Position numbers and translations under genes: made by a program. The notes below the pieces were generated by a model, which was not told the origin of the DNA, searched no databases, and saw only the letters and a list, made by a program, of their open reading frames with translations. A DNA stretch of 63,251 bases, filler included, from Reticulomyxa filosa (lineage: Eukaryota > Protista > Foraminifera), in the NCBI GenBank assembly GCA_000512085.1. It is 20 parts of 20 records of this genome, joined end to end, with 100 filler letters (N's around TTAATTAATTAA, not from the genome) between each part and the next. Parts side by side here need not be neighbours in the genome. Positions count along the whole stretch, not along the records: positions 1 to 7,487 come from ASPP01013854.1; positions 7,588 to 8,875 come from ASPP01039670.1; positions 8,976 to 10,128 come from ASPP01040904.1; positions 10,229 to 12,131 come from ASPP01036608.1; positions 12,232 to 13,717 come from ASPP01006758.1; positions 13,818 to 18,941 come from ASPP01008779.1; 14 more parts are not named here. One strand, written 5' to 3'. Below, one piece after another: positions 1 through 14,993 of the stretch. Numbering within the stretch: position 1 is the stretch's first letter; every line of letters begins with the position of its first letter.

Positions 1-132
1 GGGGGAGGGGAGTTATGTGGGATAAATATATGTACATATATGCATATGCCTTTTTATTTTGTATTACATAAATGCAAATGAACTTTCTGAGAGGGAGAGA
101 GAGGGGGGGGATCAAAAAAAATTAAAAAAAAG

Positions 133-2082
133 GTGAGCGAAAGCATGCGACTGCATTCGCGAAAAGAATCACGAGTAGACGATGTGAAGCAAAAATTGCA
201 CGTGTCGAACAACGTTGCGGAAAATTTGATAGCGTATATAGACGGAGGAGGGATAAGCTCAATACACACTCTGATGACGACACCGTCGAACGGAACCAGC
301 GCTCGACCTTCCCATATCAACACTTTAGTAGTCGACCCTTACTCCAATGATGACTTTGCTCAATACAATAACTATGCTTCTCAATTCGATAATCCCATGC
401 TCACATCTGGTCCTATTCCTAATGAAGAAGAAGAAGAAGAAGAAGAAGTACACTAATATACAATACATATATATATATATATGTATATATGTATATGTAC
501 ATATATATATAATGATATGCAAAGGAAGAGCAACAAGGATCACATTTGGAAAAAAGAGAAGACGCGGGGGAAAATGGGGCGGAGATCGAAAGATGGCGGA
601 GCTCGTATGGCTATAATGTGTTTTTGTATCACGACAGTTCGGGACAAGTGTACGACTTTGGCGTGGATCCTTTCCAGGGATTTGTCCCCATGCCGCCGGT
701 CAAGCGAAGAGAAACGCAAACCAGACTTTCTCGAAGGCTGTCCAAAGAAATCCGACGGTCCGTCAAAGAGCTGGAAACGCAAAGGATTTTGCTTGAACGA
801 GCGTCCGCTGACCAGGTTCGAATGCAACTGAATTTACTTAAAATAAAAAAAATAAAAAAAAATGGAATAAAGTAAAAATGAAATAACATAAAATAAGATA
901 ACAAAAGGTCACAGATATAAACATAACGAACAACGATCACACAACATAGGAAGACGCGCAAGAGGATTCGAATGACGTATTTAATGTCGACGACCAAAGT
1001 CAAGCAATGAATGGCACGACACATGTGGACTTGCTGGATGGGCCTGAGTCCTTGGCTCACTCCGATGATCCCACACAACCGTCGCAACAGACGCAAATCG
1101 AACACTCCCGATTTTATCTCAGCTCGCTCACTCACGTTGGTAACATTTCTCTACTTTTTTTTTTTTTAACTGTTTGTGAATTGTATTTTATTTTCTTATT
1201 TTATTTTTGTTTTTTGTTTTTTTTTTCTTTGGCTTAGATTCCACTTGGTGCAGGTGCAACAGATCAGGACAAAAGCGCACGTTCTTCATTCCAAGCACCA
1301 AACGAAACGGAGGAACGTGCACAGCCTGAGGAGGGCACCAAAACCAAAAGTGAGGCCAATAGTAAGAATAACAATTTGCACTCGGGCTCTATCGGAGGTA
1401 TCGGTACGGCAAGTATAAAAAATATACAAGATTATGAAAACCTTGTGAATGACTTACGCTCTACGCTGGAAATTGAAAAAGATAAAGCACGCACTAGTGA
1501 TAGGGCGTATAGTTTACTGCACACAAAATTTCAAGGCAATCAAACTGCTTTGCTACATAGTCAAGCCAAAGAAAAAGAGTATTTGTCTCGGATTTACGAA
1601 CTGGAACATAATCCGGATGAAAAATACAAAGACATATTGAAAGAAAAAAATTCATTAAAAATACGTCTTGAAGAACTGAAAACGCGCTTGGATAAACAAA
1701 GTCAAATTCGTGAAGACAATGTTGCTGATAGTCGCTCTGGTGACAATAACATTGAGAAAAAACAAGAACATCTTGCTCAAGTATGTGCATATGTATGTGT
1801 TGTAAGCAAGGGTTGACAGATATTACAATCTCTTGTTTGACTGACGTCAATTGTTTTTTTTCTCCCCCCTCCCCTCAGATAAAAGCAACACAACAGCACT
1901 TGAAAAAAGAAAGAGACGCTTGCCGTGCAAGAAGTGAAAAAGCACAAATACATATGCAACAAATCATGGAAGCTTTAAAGAGAGCGGAAGAGTCCAAAAT
2001 TAAACTTATTCAAGAAACTACGGAACAAATGAATAAATTGAGATTTTATTTGAAGTTGTATGGCAAACCGACTAATGTCTAA
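133..2082 (+). CDS. Multi-exon hypothetical protein with C-terminal coiled coil (5' partial)
   Basis: Successive ORF pieces (133-447, 525-815, ~908-1135, ~1237-1780, 1879-2082) are separated by AT-rich GT..AG segments. The C-terminal part is rich in E/K/L/Q heptads (YENLVNDLRSTLEIEKDK...LKIRLEELKTRL). Confidence 0.7.
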
Positions 2083-2597
2083 TCACTCAATCATATTTGG
2101 CGAATGACAATATCCTTGCCACTTGTAACATTAGTGTTTTTTGTTCGTGCTGTTTTTTTTTCTGGTGTGGTTGGAGGCTTTTTCTTTACAATGCCTCCAT
2201 TTTAAAATCTGTGAATTTTTGCAAGGCATGATTCCAACCCACGACTTTTGTCATGTTTTTCAACTGTTTTTGCGTTTTTTTGAAACTGCTTTCTATTGCA
2301 AACTGCTGTTTCTTGCGTATATCGTGACCTTACTGATAAGAATTTTTCTCCTTTTTCAAGAGGTAGTGTTTTGTAATTTCAAATTCGTGTTAGTAATGAT
2401 CATTGGAAAAAGCAAAAACAAAATCAACACTCACATCAACTTGGTATGCGCACATACTAAACAAAAACAAAACAAACAAACAAAAAACTCAGCAAATCAC
2501 ACGCCACAAAGCACACTCTCTCACGCCTGGCATACAAAACACGCCACAAAAGTAATGAAGGATCAAGTTTTCCCTCATTCTTTGAGTAGAATTGGAC

Positions 2598-5500
2598 TTA
2601 TTTGGAATTGACAGTAAAATAAAGCACAGAGCTATCTTCTCGTTGTAATTTAACCGTGCCTTGTCGCTGGGTATCCCAAGCAATAAACGTGTTGGACAAG
2701 TGATCAACAGGCGTGTTACTTGGAATCGGTGGCATAGCACATACTTTAACGCACTTTCCGCTGGTGAGACCAGATCCAAAATTAAGAAAATTGTTTAAAA
2801 TACCACCACTTCCAACATACCAACATCTCAAAGTTGGGGGACTTTCAAAAGGGCTGTAACTAGCAAGATATTCTCCGCTTTTATTGAATTCGACAGCGGT
2901 GATCGCCCCTGTGTGACCTTTCAAATTTCTCCAGCGTGTGGTTGTCCTTAAATCATAAATTAAAACAGCATTTTCACGACTTTTGCCTGTTCCAACTGCA
3001 AAGTGTTGTGTCTCTTGGTGAAATGCAACATTGGGATACTTTTGAACTAATGTATGCAAAGACGCAGTAGTCGCTTGTAGCAAAGCTTTTCGACGACGAG
3101 GTGCAGAAGGATCCAGACAATGAATTATCGTAGATACTGTCACTATTTAATTTATTAATTTTGTTCATTGTTGCTTTATCTCCTTACAAAATCACATATA
3201 AATACATATACATATATATACATATGTGTATATAATTGATGATATTTTTACATAACGTGGCAAATGTTTGTAGAGGACAATTGGATTTTTTTCGACCAAA
3301 TTGATAATAGCAGCTAAAGCTTGGGTATGGCGATTTCGTTTGCTGATCATTAGCGCTTGCTTTCCCATGCACTTAACAAAGGATTGCGGAATAGCGCAGC
3401 CGGCTTGAAACAGTGTCTTAGACGCAGATCGTGACAACAGCTGAAATTCGCTTACTTTTAAGTCTAACAGCAAGCCAAGTACTTCATCAACATCTGGTAA
3501 AAACGAATACCACGAGGATATTACCTTGCCCAAATAATCACAGGCCAAAGATTGTTTTACCATATCACTGTTATGATGTACCTGTTTTTATTTTATTAAC
3601 ACAATACATATACACACATATATGTGTATGTATACGTATACCAAAGAAAAGCAGAGGGAAAACCTGTTCTTTCAAAACACTAATTAAAGTGTTAATGACG
3701 CTAGTGGCGATGACATCTTCGATAGAATTTTTTCTCAAATCATGAATGATGCATATGACAACGGCGCCTAATAAGACAGACAAGGGCACCTTTCCGTACT
3801 TGTTGACAAGTACGCCATCGACAGCCAAGCCGGCAGCCAATGCGGGGATGAATGTTTCTTCCAAGTCGTTTTCTCCTTGGAACTCGGACACGGACATGGT
3901 GGCGAGGAGAGATAGTTGAGAATGCGATCCAGACGAAGGAATCGGCCCCACACTCCGTTTCGAGCTCTCCTCTTTTTCTTCCTCTTCTTCTTCTTCAGCG
4001 GCCTCATGTCCTCTTTCCTCCTCTTCTTCTTCTTCTTCTTCTTCTCGTTCTGCCGCCGCTCTTGCCTTTGCTTCCTCGTCCGCTTCTTCCTCAGCCTCTT
4101 CTCCTGCTTTGCCCTTTGCGACCACCTCTTCCTTTTTTTTATCTTTGCGAGACTTGGTGGATCGCAAGGAGTCTGCCTTTGCACTTAAACTGCCGATCAA
4201 CGACTTTTGTGGTTTTTCGCCTTGCGACTTATTGTCGGCAAGTGCTTTGGATTTTGATTTCGATTTGGATTTGGATTTGGATTTGGATTTGGATTTGGAT
4301 TTCGATTTCGATTTCGATTTCGACTTTGATTTTTCTCTTTCAAAGTGCTCTTTGTCCTTTGAGCGACGCCTCAAGGAGGCCATGTGAGGAGAAATGGCCT
4401 GAGCCAAAGACTCGGATGCAAGATACTCGCTTCCCACACGCGCGTGGGTATAAACGCCGTCCAAGGAAGGGACACTGCGATGATGAGGGATGCAGAATCG
4501 CTTTTTCCATTTGCGCACCAGAATGTCGCGCATGTCATTGGACATGCGCGATACAATGCCTTGCAATAGCATACGGGCGGCGGAGCGTATTTCGGCAATA
4601 CTATTTAAACAGTAGCGAGCCATAGTATTGCGTGAAGGCTCAACAAATCCATCCAATTGATTGGGCAGCTCTACATGATAATAAGAGATCAGTTGAGAAC
4701 AAATGGGTAGTTTATCTTGTGGGACACATTGTAACAACCACATACATATAGTATTGATAGCCAACATGTAAATAGCCGTAACTTTAGGTTGAATCCTCCA
4801 TCGTCCACCGACGGATGACGCGATAGGGAAGAGCAGAGTCATGCTTTCAAAGTCCCCACAAAAGCCATAGCATGGCGCAATGTCGGTGATCAATGATCGA
4901 AATCCGGATAAGAACATGTGTTCCAGTTCGGGCTTGACGCCCCAATCCAAAAGTAATGATAGATTATCGGTCAGTTTGGATATCTCTTTGTCGTTGTTTG
5001 TGACACGAGACTCTATGTCATGTGTTGTCGTCGTTGCAGTCGTTGCAGTTGTTGTTGTTGTTGTCTTTTGATTAGACCCGAGCAAAGCCGCAGGAAGATC
5101 TTCATACTCCAATATCATGTCTCTACCATTATTACCGTTCAGATCGGTGTTATACTGACGTGTCAACGTCACATCGCCCAACATGCGTACATCCAGAACG
5201 AGGATTTCGCAGTTCAAATGCGGCTGTCGATTGAGGTCGTAGATTTCCTTTTCGTTTTTGGTGAGATGCGGCAAGTCGGGTCTGCGATTGCACAGCGGCA
5301 ATGTCTGGTCCTTCATGAAACGTGTCCCGTCGACGCTGCTGTAGAAGCGTCGCTCCAACTGCGCCGTCGACACGCACCACACCATCACCTCGCCATTGTA
5401 CAGCTGTGCCACCACAAAGTCGCTCGTCAAGCACCACGCATTGCGATACAAGTGCGCGATTGGCGCTGGATGTCCGCGATACCAATTGACGCGCACGTAC

Positions 5501-7458
5501 TCGTCATCTTCGGTGAGGACGTCCTGGATCGACTTCATCGTTATCAACTGCGAGTACACCAGAAACGAACAGAATGCGCAATCGGCGCCTATCGAGAACA
5601 CATAATAGTCTTGGTCGAATGATATGATGCGATCCACCGCCGCCAAGTGGCATTGCTTCGATAGCAGCACTTGTCCCGTCTTTGGATTGAACACTTGCAC
5701 GAATCCGTCGTTATAACCGACAAATAGCACGCCATCGCCAACTCCGATCTGCTTCGGATCCGAACACAACAACAACAGACTTGTTACTTTCGACTGTCGA
5801 GTATGGATCTCCATCACAGGCTCTCCTTCCGACACGTTGTATACATACACTTCGCCATTGCCGTATCCAAAGCATAGCAACACTCCTACGTTTGTTATCC
5901 GCATCGTGCTCGCCGTCACCTCATCTTCCGGGCGAACGGTGGACACTCCTCCAAGACCGCTCGTCGAATCGTCTATTCCGGTGTCGTCGTCGTACTGTGC
6001 ACTTATGTCATTGTCCAGCTCATCCTCAACATCTTCTTCATTGTCATTGCCAATGTTGTCATTGTCATTGTCGTACTTGCTCTCCGGATCGTTGACTGTC
6101 TCTTCGATTGGAATTTCTTCGTACGATTCTGCGCGTGCGACTGTAAGAAGTGGAAGCGACGAAGATATCTGTCGTCCATGGGAGACACTTTTCCTGGTTT
6201 TGCCATTGGGATCTGGACTTGCAGGAGTGATGGGAATGGGACCAGAAGGAACTGGTGGTCGATTTGCAATAGGCACGGACACATCGTTACGGTCATGACT
6301 ACGCAGCAACGCATCAGGCTCAGAGAAGCCATCTTGAATGGACCCACACAGATTGCCGACAATGGTGGGGATATCGCGGATATCGGCCTGCTGTTTGCAC
6401 AAGAGTTTCCAGAAGGCATTTGCCCTGTCTTTGATATCGGCGATAGTCCACGAGTACAGCATACCATTTGTGGTGGCCACGTACACGTGTTCCTCGTCTC
6501 TCGCCACCGTTTCCCAACGAGGCTTGAACTTGAGTCCAAAGTCGTGGAAGTAGTTGGGATCCGAGGACATCACATCCTCCATGTTCCATTGTCCGTGCAG
6601 ACGTCGACGATCCAAGGACGACAAGAGCGTGGGTACTTCGAGCTGCAGAACGGGCGTCAAGAGTTTGGCCGTCTGTGTGGAGACTGTGTAGACCACCAGA
6701 TGGAAGTCGCCATTATGCCACAGCAATATGTGGAACGGACGCACCTCGGCCACCATCGTCTTCAACGACGACTGACTGGACGTCTTGGCCACGTAGTTGT
6801 TGATAATGACTGACGACGAGTCCACGAGATCGTGGGCTTCGTGCGGATGCGTCTGAATGTGCAGTAACGAGTCGTCTAACACCAGCACGCTCGACCACTT
6901 GGCATGTGGATACGTTTCCTTTTGGACCAGTCGCAAGGGATCCATCGAAAACAATACGATTTCGTTCTGCGAACAGATCACGCAGTACTGATTATCACTT
7001 GTAATGCCCACTCCAATTGGGACTTGCTTCAGTCCTGTTTCAAAGTCGAACAGCGGCTCCACGTTCGTGTCCAACACGTCAAAGATCACCAACTTGCCCT
7101 TGTCGTCCACCGCCAAAAAGCGCTGCTCACATCCGTCACTGAACATCAATCCTGCTCGCACCGATGAGGCCAATGGGTTCGGCTTCGCCGTGGGATAGTC
7201 CCGGTTCTGCTTCCCCTTCACCAGGTCCACAATGTGCAATTGCGATGTGCGCGTGTCGCACATCAGCGCGTATTGGTAACACTCGTTTGCACACGCAAAG
7301 CCAAATGCATTGCTCACCGCATGTCCGATCAACGGCCTCTCGCCACGGCTGATCTTCAACGCCGCTGCCCCGTATATGCTGTAGATTATTGCTTCTCCGT
7401 CCGCATGGATTACTGTTGTTTTTTGAAATATCACATTGCAATAAATATTACATAACAT
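2598..7458 (-). CDS. WDR7: WDR7/WDR72 (Rabconnectin-3beta)-like WD40 protein, 5' partial, 3 visible exons
   Basis: A 1295-aa ORF with WD40-like repeats is followed by exons 3192-3568 and 2598-3143. These carry the WDR7-type C-terminus IIHCLDP..RRRKALL..LVQKYPNVAFH...FAVG...IYDLRT and a final WD repeat GHTGAITAVEFN. Confidence 0.8.
4246..4332 (-). repeat. Coding hexamer repeat giving (KS)14K
   Basis: GATTTG/GATTTC tandem array on +, in frame within the WDR7-like ORF. Confidence 0.95.
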
Positions 7459-7487
7459 ATATATATATATATATATATATGTTATGT

Positions 7488-7587
7488 NNNNNNNNNNNNN
7501 NNNNNNNNNNNNNNNNNNNNNNNNNNNNNNNTTAATTAATTAANNNNNNNNNNNNNNNNNNNNNNNNNNNNNNNNNNNNNNNNNNNN
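7488..7587. other. Artificial contig spacer (first of 19)
   Basis: N44-TTAATTAATTAA-N44 (stops in all six frames). Identical 100-bp spacers start at 7488, 8876, 10129, 12132, 13718, 18942, 30473, 32974, 35741, 37592, 39995, 41465, 43649, 46082, 47182, 55881, 59456, 60599 and 62152. Confidence 0.99.
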
Positions 7588-8875
7588 ACACGATTCATTT
7601 TGGCAGCATCCAATGGCCAATTGGATAATCCCACAAATGCAATTTTTGGATGTTCCAACAAGTGATGCAACACCTTCAAAGGGGAATGCTTTGAACGCTC
7701 TGCCAAACCAATTTCATCCAATAACAACACTGACCAAATAGTTTCATCTTTCGAATAACTCAACGCTTTGTCCCATCTCTCAATTATTCTAAAGGGTTTA
7801 CTGTCTTGAGTACATTGAAAGGATACAATGTGAAGTGGTTTCACTTGCAAATTGAAGTTTTCTTCATTCAATTTCGCTTGAAAATCTTCAATCTTGGACT
7901 CAGACAAATTATATCGAAGAATTTCCAAGGATAAGGTTTTCGAAGTTCCAGGGTCCCCAACTAGTACGACTTTGAAACACAAATCATTCTTTTGGGATCA
8001 AAACATTTAGATGTATGTAATGTAAATAAAATAGATATTGCAACGAAACTAGGGGTGGTAGAACCGATACATACAAATAACATAAATAATATCTCATTCA
8101 AAATTGTAGTCTTTGCAATGCCTTAGTTGATTTATTTATAAAATGTATTGACAAGATGTGAGACTTTTTTACAAGAAAAAAGTACCTGAAGGATAAGAAA
8201 ATGTTTTGCAAAGTCGACCCACTTCTTCATACAGAATATCCTTAAAAGTGGCACTGTTCTTTATCTTTATAGCTGAATTGTATTGAATTCTATCGTTCTC
8301 GTTTAAACGAAAGTAATAGCATAATCCCATTGAAACAACCAAAGAATATTGTATTTGTGTGGAGACAGTGATTTCTTTATAAAAATGATTCAAAATCCAA
8401 ATAAAAAATGTCAAACACCTTTCCACATCTCTCAAAGATACCACTGCCACATCTTGCAATTTCTGACGAATAAATTCTTGTGAAATGCAAAGTTGATCCG
8501 TAATAGTTATCAATTCCTTTTCATACAACTCTTGAACAGAGGGACTCAATGCATTTTTTCTTTCTTTGACCATTTCTGATATGTATTGTCTTTCATCTGA
8601 ACTTGGCAATGATCCAAATTGCCAAATGTGCAATTTTATACTTTCACATAATGGAGAAACTCGATATACATACTTTGCCAAACTATCTCCTCTAAACCAA
8701 TTTCTTTCCTTTTCATCGAGTTTGCGTTCACGATATGGATTACACGCAGCAATGATTTTGATTTGATGAGGAATTTCAACTCCATTCAAACTATGATTAC
8801 AAATCAATTCATTGAACCATCCAATATCGGGTGATGTGTTGAATTCATCCAAAAATAGCCAAATTTCTTTTTCTT
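7588..8875 (-). CDS. RNF213 (mysterin)-like AAA+ ATPase, internal fragment
   Basis: FLDEFNTS...IIAACNPYR...VYRV.PL and SLRDVERC, then Walker A LVGDPGTSKT, Walker B LLLDEIGLAE..SPLKVLH and VGLSNWPLDAAKMNR, all characteristic of RNF213-like AAA modules. Confidence 0.9.
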
Positions 8876-8975
8876 NNNNNNNNNNNNNNNNNNNNNNNNN
8901 NNNNNNNNNNNNNNNNNNNTTAATTAATTAANNNNNNNNNNNNNNNNNNNNNNNNNNNNNNNNNNNNNNNNNNNN

Positions 8976-10128
<1,153 letters not shown>

Positions 10129-10260
10129 NNNNNNNNNNNNNNNNNNNNNNNNNNNNNNNNNNNNNNNNNNNNTTAATTAATTAANNNNNNNNNNNNNNNN
10201 NNNNNNNNNNNNNNNNNNNNNNNNNNNNTCCAGTTTTCGCGTTCTTGAGTGCTACCCCCG

Positions 10261-11440
10261 TCAGTATACGCATGACCCAAAATCTAACTGTGCGAATATG
10301 CGTGCACACACGACTAGTTTCGGAACGAGTGCGCAATCTCTGCGTTAACAAAAATTAGCGCAATTTCCATAACAACCAAATGATCCTTGTTCATTGGCTC
10401 TGATAGATCGCAGCTGGACATCTTCTTTAGTGCTTTGTCGCGCCGACAATTATCCGCAGAAACTTTTTGTGCACTCATGTTGATGGAAAACGTTCTTTCC
10501 ACTGCCACTCCTTGAAATTACCACTTGTTCAGAATTTTCCTTTAGTGTGCGATATGTTAAGTTATCCACGTCCGCAAGTGGCGACTTTGCGCGTTTCCAG
10601 GGATGAAGAACGTTTCTATAAACAAGGTCAACAAAACCAGCAGATTGATTATTTTTAAAAAAAACAAATTCAAAGCGATACGTACTTACCCTCCTTCTCC
10701 TCATCTTTCTCTTCTTGCTGGTGTTTTGACCCAAATTTCGCATCCTCCACCACTTTGCATGATATCACCACTTTTTTTTTCTTTTTTGTGAATTTGCTTT
10801 TGCCTCTGTCGGCGCCAATGATTTCTCACATCAGCAGCATACCCACCATTAAAAATTCAAAGTCGCGAATATGCGCACACGAAAATTTTCTATTGTTTTT
10901 TTTGTGCTAATAAAATTAGCCAATTTCCATAACAATTGAGTTTATCTTCTTTTTTGGCGCCTGAAGATCAGTTCAGCACAATCTTTGGTGAGGTGCAAGT
11001 TAAGAATTATTCGCAAATATTTGTGCGCTGATGTTGATGTCGAGCAAGTTCTTTCCAATGATATATTGGCACACTCATTCTAAATCTTCCATTGAAATAT
11101 GATATGTGAAGTTATTTCACGCCTGTGAGTGGCGACTTTGCGTGTTTTCAGAGATAACTGGCAATTTCTATAACAAAATTCAGAAATGCTTGTGATTTTT
11201 TTTTAACAAATCCAACTCGATCTGACGTCGTGATTTTCTTTCTTCTGTTACTCCTCATAGTCTTCCTTTTCTTGATGGCCGTTGTCTTGACTGAGATTCT
11301 CCACCACTTTGCACGATAGCACCACGTTTTTTTTTTTCTTGGCGTTCTTGCTTTTGTTGTCCGGCCGCACCAACAATTCATAATATCAGCAGCACACTCA
11401 CGACTGGAAACTAAAGCTGCGAACTTGCGCACGTACACGA
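10261..11440 (-). repeat. Degenerate tandem repeat, period ~555-575 bp, 2 full copies plus 1 partial; pseudogenised exon-intron units
   Basis: Anchors GCGAA(T/C)(A/T)TGCG at ~10292, ~10866 and ~11419; CAATTTCCATAACAA at 10361 and 10921; AGTGGCGACTTTGCG at 10577 and 11128; CTCCACCACTTTGCA at 10745 and 11299. Confidence 0.85.
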
Positions 11441-11546
11441 TCGTTGCGCTTTTCTTTTTCATTTCCACCCCTTCCCCCTTTTCATTTTTCCTTTTTTTTT
11501 TCTATTTTTCATTCTTTTCTCTTCTTTTATTTTTTCATTCTTTTTT

Positions 11547-11632
11547 AAAATTTTTTTCAATTTTCTTAAATAAAATTTTTCAATTTTCTTAAACAAAATT
11601 TTTCAATTTTTTAAAACAAAATTTTTCAATTT
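11547..11632 (+). repeat. ~23-bp tandem repeat (AAAATTTTTCAATTTTCTTAAA) x~4 inside a G-depleted tract
   Basis: Read directly from the sequence. Confidence 0.8.
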
Positions 11633-12231
11633 ATTTTTTTCTCTTTTTTCAATCAATTTTTTTACTCTTTTTTCCAGTCACTTTTTTTATATCTTTTTTC
11701 AAATTTATTTTTTTTCTTTCATTTTTTCCCACCCATTTTTCAACTTATTCCCTACTTTTTTATTTTCCCCAATTTTCACTACTTTTTATTTTCCCCAATT
11801 CCCTATCCCTCTCATCTCAAATATAAATAAAAATAAAACACAAAAAATACAAAAAACTTTCCAAAATTAGTTTTGATCTGGGCTCCTATTTGCACAATCA
11901 CAAAATAACATTTTTCATTCAAAAAAAACCAAAAAAAAAACTTACTTTTGACTTGGAGCTAAAAGCTCTAATTTCAACTTTTCTATAATTTTTTTTTCTT
12001 TTGCACAGGGGGGGGGACTATACATTTTTTTGATGGGGGCATGCCTATTCACAAATACAAACATATTTTTTATTAAATAAAAAATAAAACAAAAAAATAC
12101 AAACTCTTTTTTTATTTTGGAATGCGGGTTTNNNNNNNNNNNNNNNNNNNNNNNNNNNNNNNNNNNNNNNNNNNNTTAATTAATTAANNNNNNNNNNNNN
12201 NNNNNNNNNNNNNNNNNNNNNNNNNNNNNNN

Positions 12232-12272
<41 letters not shown>

Positions 12273-12303
12273 TGCCAATAATATTCTAAAATCAAAATAT
12301 AAT

Positions 12304-13717
<1,414 letters not shown>

Positions 13718-13861
13718 NNNNNNNNNNNNNNNNNNNNNNNNNNNNNNNNNNNNNNNNNNNNTTAATTAATTAANNNNNNNNNNNNNNNNNNNNNNNNNNN
13801 NNNNNNNNNNNNNNNNNACTTAATATTTTTTTTTTGCAAAAAAAAAAAAAAAAACGTAACA

Positions 13862-14703
13862 TTGAAAGAATTTCGTGAGCAATTGATAAACGAGTCGCAA
13901 CAACTACACGCGGAAACACTATCGCAGCTCGCGTTTGAGGTGTACCTGACGCGCGACAAGTTCGACGAGCTGGACCTGATCCACAAAGAGACGCTGTTGG
14001 ACGTGTCGAAGACGGAGGCGTTGGAGGTGGCGCGACGATGGCCGTCTTGGGACCCGGAGTGGATCAAGCAGTCGGTCATTCTGAAAAGCAAAGCTGATTT
14101 TCTGCAATTGTGGGTGTGGTTGCCTCCAAAGTGTCACATTGGAGATTTCCAGTTGCTTTTTTCCACGCGTGACCACGGCTACCAATTAGCGACCCTTTAT
14201 CGCAAAGTTTTTTTATCACAAAAAAAAAAAAAAATTAAAGAATGGAGTCTCATATTAAAATGAAAACATCAAAAAAAAAAAAAAAGTGCCTTGGCAGACA
14301 GAATATACTGGTGTTGATCGAGACGACGACGAATGAAAGCTTTGGATTTCACGTGTCGTCGCTGTACGAGGCGCCGCAAGAAGAGAGGTTCACCGACACT
14401 CAAATCGTCACGTTTATGCTGTCTTATCCAAACAATGACATACCCAGACAGGTGTTTGAGCCGTCGCAAATCCACTTTTCGTACCTGCGCAACCAACCCG
14501 AGCGCACGCTCAGCATGTTTGAGTTGCCCAACCCTTTTCTCCAACACGACCACGCGTCGCTGCCGTCTTCCTTGCCCGCGGACGACTCGAGTGTGCAAGA
14601 CACAAAGGCCGTCGAGGACGAAGTGCATCCTATTATGAAAGACACGTCAGCCATGCATTTGATTCAAATGAGTTCCACACTTCCAAGTGATAGTAATACT
14701 AAC

Positions 14704-14734
<31 letters not shown>

Positions 14735-14953
14735 TATATATATATGACGACAATGAAGATCCCTTACGTAAGGTTGCGCGCGAGGCCGTGGAATTGAGCA
14801 AAGACACGCTCATGTCGACCAATACGCGTGAACTGCGCGACCATCTTGGCACGGCTCTCAGCATTGGACTTGCTCAAAGCTCCGCGTCCACGTCTGAGCC
14901 CAACGACGACAAAGAGGACACTCCGGAGACTCTTTTAACCAACAAGGAGAAAA

Positions 14954-14993
<40 letters not shown>

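Noticed and set aside
3852-7455. Many long antisense or alternate-frame ORFs over WDR7 and other genes
   Set aside because: Shadow ORFs of GC-richer coding DNA and microsatellites (WIWIWI, poly-L/F, YIYIY) with no independent motifs.
7532-7543. Recurrent TTAATTAATTAA flanked by Ns as a biological repeat or CRISPR-like array
   Set aside because: It is an identical synthetic six-frame-stop spacer. ORFs ending in XXX-LIN are artefacts, and neighbours across spacers are not linked.
10450-10600. VVISRSGSGK as a myosin or NACHT Walker A motif
   Set aside because: The motif is not preserved in the second repeat unit and lies in a different frame from the peptides shared between units.
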